A DNA stretch of 64,000 nt from a virus. Its lineage: Duplodnaviria; Heunggongvirae; Uroviricota; Caudoviricetes. Positions 58,309-64,000 of this stretch are shown here, piece by piece. A model generated the notes under the pieces. It was not told where the DNA came from. It ran no database searches and worked only from the letters and a program-made list of their open reading frames with translations. Every line of letters begins with the position of its first letter. Position 1 is the first letter of the stretch. Position numbers and translations under genes: made by a program. The stretch is taken from the IMG/VR virus record IMGVR_UViG_3300031993_000051; one strand, given 5' to 3'.

Positions 58309-59607
58309 TTAAATACTGTAGTTAGGATTCTTGACCTTGAACGAAACGTTATAGTCGTCACGAAGTCTAAGAACGAAACCTTCTCTCTTATGACTGAGGT
58401 TGTTACCGAAAACGGTATTTGCATCAGATTCTTGAAGCATGATGTCAGCACCAGAAACGAATACACCCTTGTCATTTACATGACCTTCTGGTAATTCGTA
58501 ATTGTCATCAAGAACTGGAACGAACTTCAATCCCCATTGTTCAGCGAAAAGAACAGAATCTTCGAAATTCAACTTTTCCCACTTGAACAATACCTTTCTA
58601 TTTATAGTATCTTCAAAATAGACTTTCTTGTAAAAGTCGAAGAAGATAATATCAGTTCTTGGAAGGTTATAGATATTCTTTTGAATACCTGGACCGACAT
58701 GTTCACCACGGCAGAACCATTCACCTGGAATCTTCTTGATTTTTTCATCAAGTCCAAGTCTAAGAACAGTGTCCCAGAAAGCCTTTCCAGAACCGTTCTT
58801 ATTAAGTTCCCTAGTCCTAGAGCATACACCGATTCTCTTAGATTCCACATTGCGATGGAAAATCTTATCGAACCAACTTGGTTCAACCTTTTCAGAGAAA
58901 ACAGTAATGTTTTGACCTTCGAGTTTTTCAGTCTTAACCCATTTCTTACCCTTGTATTGTTCAAACATCTTGGTGTAAACCTTTTGGACGTTTTCTTCAT
59001 CAGACTTTCCAGGGTTAGTTGGATCCCAAGTTTCAGAAACGTTATGACGCTTTCTCCAATTACGATACCAAGTATATCTCATAAGTTTGCGAACAAACCA
59101 GTTATCCTTTTTACCAGTATTAAGACCAGCTTCTTCTTCATCTTGAACAATTTCAGTGATACCAAATTGAAGAGTATAATCCTTACCAACCTTTGCATCA
59201 GTAATGCCAAGGTCAGATGGCTTGAAAAGAATACCTTGAGAAATAACTCCAAACTTTCCGAGCTTCATACTCTTGATTTTGAACTTCTTATCTCTGAGAA
59301 ATTCAAAATATGGGTACTTAGAAGATTCTTGAATTGCCTTCAAAGCAGCTTCAATTTCTTCCTTTGTAGCATCTGCTAATTCTCGACCTTCCTTGATAGC
59401 AGTATATTTAGCACGAAGTTCATCAGACAAACCATCTGGAAGCAACGAGTCAATTTCGACATACATTGCCAAATCACCAGGCTGATATTCACCTTTCTTA
59501 ACGACTACGGTATAATCCATAACTGTAGCAAGTTCAATTCTGTCCGCCCCAGGAATCTCTCGGATATCCTTAATTCTTACAATATATGCTAATGGTTTTC
59601 CAAACAT
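58309..59607 (-). CDS. Rnl2-family RNA ligase-like nucleotidyltransferase (putative)
   Basis: EKLEGQNITVFS resembles ligase motif I (T4 Rnl2 EKIHGTNFS, catalytic Lys). The N-terminal IVRIKDIREIPGADRIELATV module is like bacterial/phage Rnl-type ligases. SD GAGGT. Confidence 0.5.
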   Translation of the reverse strand: MFGKPLAYIVRIKDIREIPGADRIELATVMDYTVVVKKGEYQPGDLAMYVEIDSLLPDGLSDELRAKYTAIKEGRELADATKEEIEAALKAIQESSKYPYFEFLRDKKFKIKSMKLGKFGVISQGILFKPSDLGITDAKVGKDYTLQFGITEIVQDEEEAGLNTGKKDNWFVRKLMRYTWYRNWRKRHNVSETWDPTNPGKSDEENVQKVYTKMFEQYKGKKWVKTEKLEGQNITVFSEKVEPSWFDKIFHRNVESKRIGVCSRTRELNKNGSGKAFWDTVLRLGLDEKIKKIPGEWFCRGEHVGPGIQKNIYNLPRTDIIFFDFYKKVYFEDTINRKVLFKWEKLNFEDSVLFAEQWGLKFVPVLDDNYELPEGHVNDKGVFVSGADIMLQESDANTVFGNNLSHKREGFVLRLRDDYNVSFKVKNPNYSI

Positions 59608-59633
59608 TTTATTATTACCTCTTTGTTGATTAC

Positions 59634-59662
59634 AATATAGAAAAAGGGGTGACTTTCGTCAA
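59634..59662 (-). promoter_or_regulatory. sigma-A-type promoter TTGACg-N17-TATATT embedded in a GGGGTTGAC hairpin
   Basis: Minus-strand reading: ggggTTGACgaaagtcacccctttttcTATATTg. Confidence 0.45.
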
Positions 59663-59690
59663 CCCCCTACACATGATTAAAGGATAATCT

Positions 59691-59921
59691 TTAATATATA
59701 GCTTTGAATTTTTCAAGCATTTCTTCAACATCCATTCTGAATTTTACAGAACAACCAAGTGGAATAGTATCAATTACTGACTTTTTCCAAACATTAATTG
59801 TCGCATCGAATTCTTCAGGATCATGAAGTTCTGGTGCATCGTCGAGTTCATATGCAATACTGTCGACTAATTCTTGAATTTTGTTAAACTTTTCTTTTAC
59901 TGTATTTTCAACTGCAATCAT
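59691..59921 (-). CDS. hypothetical protein
   Basis: 76-aa ORF. Confidence 0.35.
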   Translation of the reverse strand: MIAVENTVKEKFNKIQELVDSIAYELDDAPELHDPEEFDATINVWKKSVIDTIPLGCSVKFRMDVEEMLEKFKAIY

Positions 59922-60189
59922 TTATTTCCTTTATGTTATTGGTTAGGAGTTCATGATTATTAGCAAGAATAGTATACTCAGCTGCATGGACAAACATATC
60001 AGTTTCATATTTTTCATCTATGTCCACCTTAGAAGGATCATAGTCTGAAACTACTCCCCTACTACAGAACTCCATAAAACCTAATATTTTATAACGTTTG
60101 TCTATAATATAGAAATTTATTACATGGGCGTTGATGACCCTAGTAATTTTTTTCAAAATTTTCACTTTCTTGCTAAAAAGAAAAGACAT
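59908..60189 (-). CDS. hypothetical protein
   Basis: 93-aa ORF. Confidence 0.35.
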   Translation of the reverse strand: MSFLFSKKVKILKKITRVINAHVINFYIIDKRYKILGFMEFCSRGVVSDYDPSKVDIDEKYETDMFVHAAEYTILANNHELLTNNIKEINDCS

Positions 60190-60398
60190 TATTTAAGTTT
60201 CCTTGCATACTTTTCACATTTTTCTGCAATATTTTCCCATTTATCACGCATTTCACAATTATATGACCAATTTTCATAATAGCAATCAGCATTATGGTCA
60301 AAAATATTGGCAATATAACGTGCCATCTTTGCACGAGAAATGTATAATTCGTATTTAGACATAATGGTTATAATATTCTTTTTCGATAGTAAGGTCAA
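60189..60398 (-). CDS. hypothetical protein
   Basis: 69-aa ORF. Confidence 0.3.
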   Translation of the reverse strand: MTLLSKKNIITIMSKYELYISRAKMARYIANIFDHNADCYYENWSYNCEMRDKWENIAEKCEKYARKLK

Positions 60399-60780
60399 CT
60401 TCTTTTTGAATAATCTTTACATTATCCTTTGTAGGATTTGCAAATCCAACAGAACCTCCGAGCGGTGACCAGAAAATAACATCATGTTCTCTGGAAATAC
60501 CTTCATCAGGTTCCATAAATTCTACCTTGTCGATTAGACAAGTTTCAAAAAGATGATTTCTTGTTCCAATATCAGTAATACCTTCTACAACAGCAGTCTT
60601 GATAATCGGCTTTGTAAAATACATGTAAAGCGTAGGAATTCTAAAATCGATGGGAAGTTTATTTTCCTTTCTCCAATTCTGAATTGCTGCTCTGATTTCA
60701 GAACCAATCATTGCTGTAACAACAGAATGATTCTTTTTCTTTTCATTATTATAGATATAAACAGGTGTTTTAACTGACAT
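60355..60780 (-). CDS. hypothetical protein (weak dUTPase/dCTP-deaminase-like C-terminus)
   Basis: The start is re-set to the ATG at 60780 (MSVKTPVYIY; SD GGAGA). The track's TTG start at 60831 falls inside the promoter hairpin. SPLGGSVGFANP faintly resembles dUTPase motif 5. Confidence 0.35.
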   Translation of the reverse strand: MSVKTPVYIYNNEKKKNHSVVTAMIGSEIRAAIQNWRKENKLPIDFRIPTLYMYFTKPIIKTAVVEGITDIGTRNHLFETCLIDKVEFMEPDEGISREHDVIFWSPLGGSVGFANPTKDNVKIIQKEVDLTIEKEYYNHYV

Positions 60781-60802
60781 AAAATTCTCCAAAATTTTAC
60801 AA

Positions 60803-60831
60803 AATATAATAAAAAATAGGGTTGTTGTCAA
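60803..60831 (-). promoter_or_regulatory. sigma-A-type promoter TTGACA-N17-TATATT in hairpin tagggttg-ttgt-caacccta
   Basis: Perfect hexamers and spacing on the minus strand. Confidence 0.5.
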
Positions 60832-60840
60832 CCCTACTTT

Positions 60841-61158
60841 TTAGTCATTAGCTAATTCTATAATTTTTTCACGTAATTCGTCAAATGATTTAAAATCAGT
60901 TCGATCAATTACACGTTTACAACCGTCACCTAAATGGTCATGAATCATATAAAGCATTGGTTTTGATAGACCAATAACGAAACGACGTCTAAACATAACC
61001 ATTTCAAGTCGGTCATCCTTACTGTCTTCATCGACATAAGAATTATAACCAAATGAATGTCTGAGTTCAAATGTTATTCCGGCTTCAAACAACTCATCAA
61101 TCAAATTATGCATTTGAGTTTTGAGTGGTTCTGTCCAGTTATCAATTTCTAAACTCAT
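60841..61158 (-). CDS. hypothetical protein
   Basis: 105-aa ORF. Confidence 0.4.
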   Translation of the reverse strand: MSLEIDNWTEPLKTQMHNLIDELFEAGITFELRHSFGYNSYVDEDSKDDRLEMVMFRRRFVIGLSKPMLYMIHDHLGDGCKRVIDRTDFKSFDELREKIIELAND

Positions 61159-61159
61159 A

Positions 61160-61363
61160 TTATTCGCCTAAAAGTGTAATACCGCCTTGAGCATTATTAT
61201 AGCTTACTACAGTACCACCACGATGATCCATAATAACAACATTATTAACACCTTCAGCTTTCAAAAGTTCTGCGATAACAGTATTATACTTTCCAGGTTT
61301 TTCCTGTTCTACTGACATTTTAAGCAGTGTCGTAATGAGTGAATTAAGTTTCTTCTCGTCCAT
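61160..61363 (-). CDS. hypothetical protein
   Basis: 67-aa ORF. Confidence 0.35.
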   Translation of the reverse strand: MDEKKLNSLITTLLKMSVEQEKPGKYNTVIAELLKAEGVNNVVIMDHRGGTVVSYNNAQGGITLLGE

Positions 61364-61364
61364 A

Positions 61365-61565
61365 TTAATCCTTATTTAAATGTTCTAATAAATTTGATAA
61401 TACAATTCTAGCTTGTTTCCTATATAATTCTGTGCTGAAGTCATGATATGTCTCTTCTATCTTATCAAGAAGCTTCATAAATTTAGGCATTTTCATAGAA
61501 TCACTATTTAATGATTGTGTTTCTATTTCAACTTTAGTTTTAGGAGCACTTCGCCAATTAAGCAT
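61365..61565 (-). CDS. hypothetical protein
   Basis: 66-aa ORF. Confidence 0.35.
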   Translation of the reverse strand: MLNWRSAPKTKVEIETQSLNSDSMKMPKFMKLLDKIEETYHDFSTELYRKQARIVLSNLLEHLNKD

Positions 61566-61589
61566 ACTTTACCTTTATATTTAAAATAA

Positions 61590-61618
61590 AATATAGCAAA
61601 ATAGTTGTCTGCTGTCAA
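61590..61618 (-). promoter_or_regulatory. sigma-A-type promoter TTGACA-N17-TATATT
   Basis: Minus-strand reading: aggggTTGACAgcagacaactattttgcTATATTtta. Confidence 0.5.
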
Positions 61619-61621
61619 CCC

Positions 61622-62455
61622 CTAATTTTCAAGGTATCTGAAATGATAATTATTTGTCTGCTTATATTTGCCATTACAACACCAAATAATACAATGTTTA
61701 TTTAAATTCATTTGTCTTGCTGCTTCAGAGGCAGATTCAAAAACTTGTTGGGTCTCAATGCAAAGAACTTGTTTTTTATTTGGTTTTGTTTGTCTACAAT
61801 AATATTGTTTTAATGTTATATTATGTTCTTTTAAATATTCATCTACCTGCTGACATGATTCAATAAATTCATTTATATTATCAGATATTTTACAAAATCT
61901 ATAATTTATCGCATATTTGTCTTGATTAATTATAACATGTCTAATTGAATCTTTACAAATACCTAATTCTTTTGCCGCTTTACCTATTGATGGATAATAT
62001 TTGTTCGTTTCATAACAAAATATAACTATTTGATTAGGATCTATTTTATACTTATTAATTTCTCTAATATTAATTAATTGTTCTTCTGTTAATTTACGAC
62101 CAGTATTGGCTTTTCTAATTTTTTCTTTTTGTTCTTCAGACATTATAAAATGTCTTCCTAAATTACCATCACCGCCTAAAGTTTTATTATAACCAAAATT
62201 TTTATCTGCTGAATTATATAAATTTATCCAAAACTGTTCTCTTTCATTTAATAATTCACGTTGACATTCTTCGATAATTTCAAATTCAAAATTATTTGTT
62301 CCATATTTTTCAAATGCTCTTGCTAAATGTGGATTTAATTTCGCATTTGGTGATAATTCTTGTCGCCATCGTCTATTAATGTCATTAGATTGACCAATAT
62401 AACATTTACCATTAATTTTATTTGTTATTTTATAAATTCCACAAATTTTTGTCAT
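61622..62455 (-). CDS. GIY-YIG homing endonuclease (I-TevI-like)
   Basis: CGIYKITNKINGKCYIGQS...RRW...E (the GIY-YIG motif). Long C-terminal DNA-binding extension. Confidence 0.8.
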   Translation of the reverse strand: MTKICGIYKITNKINGKCYIGQSNDINRRWRQELSPNAKLNPHLARAFEKYGTNNFEFEIIEECQRELLNEREQFWINLYNSADKNFGYNKTLGGDGNLGRHFIMSEEQKEKIRKANTGRKLTEEQLINIREINKYKIDPNQIVIFCYETNKYYPSIGKAAKELGICKDSIRHVIINQDKYAINYRFCKISDNINEFIESCQQVDEYLKEHNITLKQYYCRQTKPNKKQVLCIETQQVFESASEAARQMNLNKHCIIWCCNGKYKQTNNYHFRYLEN

Positions 62456-62603
62456 AAATTACCTAAAAGAAAAACGGTTAGAAATCGTTATTGTGGTAGT
62501 TACGAAATCTAACCGTTTTTAAAACTTAGATATTTTAATAAGAATAAAACTACCACATATTATTCTTTTATAATATATTTATAATTTTATTCTTTTAAAA
62601 TAA

Positions 62604-63350
62604 TTAAATGCCAAAATTTTCTAAGAAATAATCAGGAAGCTTTGGATTGAAATGTTGAATACGTATCGTTTCCAGTTTAAATTTTCCTGCATTATACGCA
62701 CGAATAATCTTATCGTAATTTGGACCTTGAATACCTTTTCTAATAAGTTCATTAACTTCATGATATGTAAAGCCTAACTTTTCTTCGTCAGAAAGTGGTT
62801 GAAGCCCATCAATCGGTGTTTTATGCGTAAGTTCATATGGAAGTCCAAGGTCATCACCAATTTCGATAACTTCTTCCGTGGTTAGCATATCAATCGGTGC
62901 AAAGGAACCACAAGTATCTCCCCAAAGCGTAGCATAGGAAACTATATTTTCGCTGCGATTGCATGTGTTAGCCATTAACCAACCATTAGTTTGTGCTGTT
63001 ACCATAATCTGATTAGTACGAAGCCTTGCACCAACATTTGTCTTAGCATCATAAGACTTGTCTGCACCAGGAACAAGCGCCAAAGATTCCTTGACAAGTG
63101 TTTCAATATCTTGAACATCATAACTAATGCCAAGATGATCAACTAATTGATAAGAACAAGAAATGTCTTTTTGAATACCACATGGAAGCAATATGCCATG
63201 TACATGCTCTTTACCTAATGCTGCTGCACAAATTGCTGCTACTACACTAGAATCTTTGCCACCAGAAATACCAAGAACCGCGTCGGTTTTACCTACACGA
63301 TTAAAAAAATCTGCTGTCCAATCTATCACGTTTTTAGTTAATGTCTTCAT
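62604..63350 (-). CDS. nadE: NH3-dependent NAD+ synthetase
   Basis: PP-loop VLGISGGKDSS. Aligns along its length with E. coli NadE (ARLRTNQIMVTAQ, WGDTCGSFAPID, PLSDEEKLGFTYHEVNELIRKG, HFNPKLP). Confidence 0.85.
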   Translation of the reverse strand: MKTLTKNVIDWTADFFNRVGKTDAVLGISGGKDSSVVAAICAAALGKEHVHGILLPCGIQKDISCSYQLVDHLGISYDVQDIETLVKESLALVPGADKSYDAKTNVGARLRTNQIMVTAQTNGWLMANTCNRSENIVSYATLWGDTCGSFAPIDMLTTEEVIEIGDDLGLPYELTHKTPIDGLQPLSDEEKLGFTYHEVNELIRKGIQGPNYDKIIRAYNAGKFKLETIRIQHFNPKLPDYFLENFGI

Positions 63351-63430
63351 AATTTTGTCCTTGATTAATTTTAAACTTTTATGTTATCAAAGATAGCAAA
63401 GAAAACAAAGCTGAAATGTAAATTTATTTT

Positions 63431-63574
63431 TTACTTTCCCTCTCCCTTTTCGAACCAACGAAGTTCTCGAAGTTGCTTTCTAATGTCATTAAATGTATTT
63501 CTTTCCTTGATAATTACACCTCCAACCAGTGTAATCCCCAAAAGTGCCAAAACGGCTTTAAAAAATTTATTCAT
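63431..63574 (-). CDS. small (47-aa) membrane/secreted ORF, not in the supplied track
   Basis: MNKFFKAVLALLGITLVGGVIIKERNTFNDIRKQLRELRWFEKGEGK. More plausible than the overlapping + ORF at 63381..63590. Confidence 0.25.
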   Translation of the reverse strand: MNKFFKAVLALLGITLVGGVIIKERNTFNDIRKQLRELRWFEKGEGK

Positions 63575-63634
63575 AATATATCCTTTTTAAAATGTCTGGC
63601 ACAAATATAGTAAATTTTACTTAAATTGTAAACC

Positions 63635-64000
63635 TTACTTCTTTTTTAATAATTCAGTAAATTTATCGGCTAATTTGCCAGCATCTGATTTTTCTCTTTC
63701 CTGAAACATCGGATCAACTTTCTTTTTAGGAGGAGTTGATTTTGCTTTAGGATAATGTTGTGGAAAATTACCTTTAATTTTTTGTCTTGGATATGATGAG
63801 TCACGTGCAGACATAAAGCTATTGAATCTTTTATCAATATCATCAAGATTTTTTTCAACCTGTTCGATACCAGCTTCTATAGATTTAATAGTTGCATCTA
63901 CTGAATCTTCAACTCTTGGAATAGTCTTAATCCACTTACCAAATTTTTGATCTTGTGGTTCAGGACCAAGAACACGCCAGCCCATGCCTTCCATCATACC
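63635..64000 (-). CDS. hypothetical protein (5' end may extend beyond the window)
   Basis: ORF that is open to the window edge. Confidence 0.35.
   Translation of the reverse strand, partial: GMMEGMGWRVLGPEPQDQKFGKWIKTIPRVEDSVDATIKSIEAGIEQVEKNLDDIDKRFNSFMSARDSSYPRQKIKGNFPQHYPKAKSTPPKKKVDPMFQEREKSDAGKLADKFTELLKKK

Noticed and set aside
63381-63590. + strand 69-aa ORF between nadE and the last gene
   Set aside because: No SD, and the peptide has odd composition. A minus-strand 47-aa ORF with a signal/TM-like N-terminus and co-orientation with its neighbours is more plausible. Both are uncertain.

Overview
This 64 kb window is visibly AT-rich and densely coding on both strands. It reads as a segment of a large tailed dsDNA phage with a T4-like (Straboviridae-type) replication and recombination core: a UvsW-like SF2 helicase, UvsX recombinase, a gp41/DnaB-like helicase, gp32 ssDNA-binding protein, a MazG-like NTP pyrophosphatase and a PD-(D/E)XK nuclease. 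It also carries anaerobic class III ribonucleotide reductase genes nrdD and nrdG, and long tail-fibre genes with tail-fibre and collagen-like repeats. There are two free-standing homing endonucleases, an HNH next to nrdD and a GIY-YIG next to nadE. Many genes have strong Shine-Dalgarno sites (AAGGAG-like). Several perfect TTGACA-N17-TATATT promoters are nested in terminator hairpins. Together these point to an SD-using, sigma-A-type, low-GC host, plausibly a Firmicutes-like anaerobe, not a Bacteroidetes host. Accessory content is rich: two SPFH/flotillin membrane proteins; two lipoproteins, one of them a 66-aa Llp-like candidate; glycosyltransferases beside a giant YadA-head-like fibre; a 1602-aa signal-peptide protein with about six cadherin-like repeats; and a SemiSWEET (PQ-loop) transporter between nrdD and nrdG. 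Further items are a DHH phosphoesterase, a SWIM zinc-finger protein, a very acidic small protein, an Hsp20, and a minus-strand block encoding an Rnl2-like RNA ligase, a NUDIX hydrolase and a bona fide NadE NAD+ synthetase. The most unusual locus is 44.6-47.9 kb. There a second glycyl-radical-activase-like radical-SAM gene is translationally coupled to a 66-aa Cys/Gly/Tyr-rich peptide. It converges on a Cys/Gly/Ser-repeat protein and is followed by three small genes. All of these share a roughly 15-aa SAP/HeH-like motif (consensus h-x-E-A-x-x-L-L-K-x-N-G-Y-x-I) that recurs about ten times in the window. The phage terminase large subunit at the window start appears to consist of the ATPase domain only.
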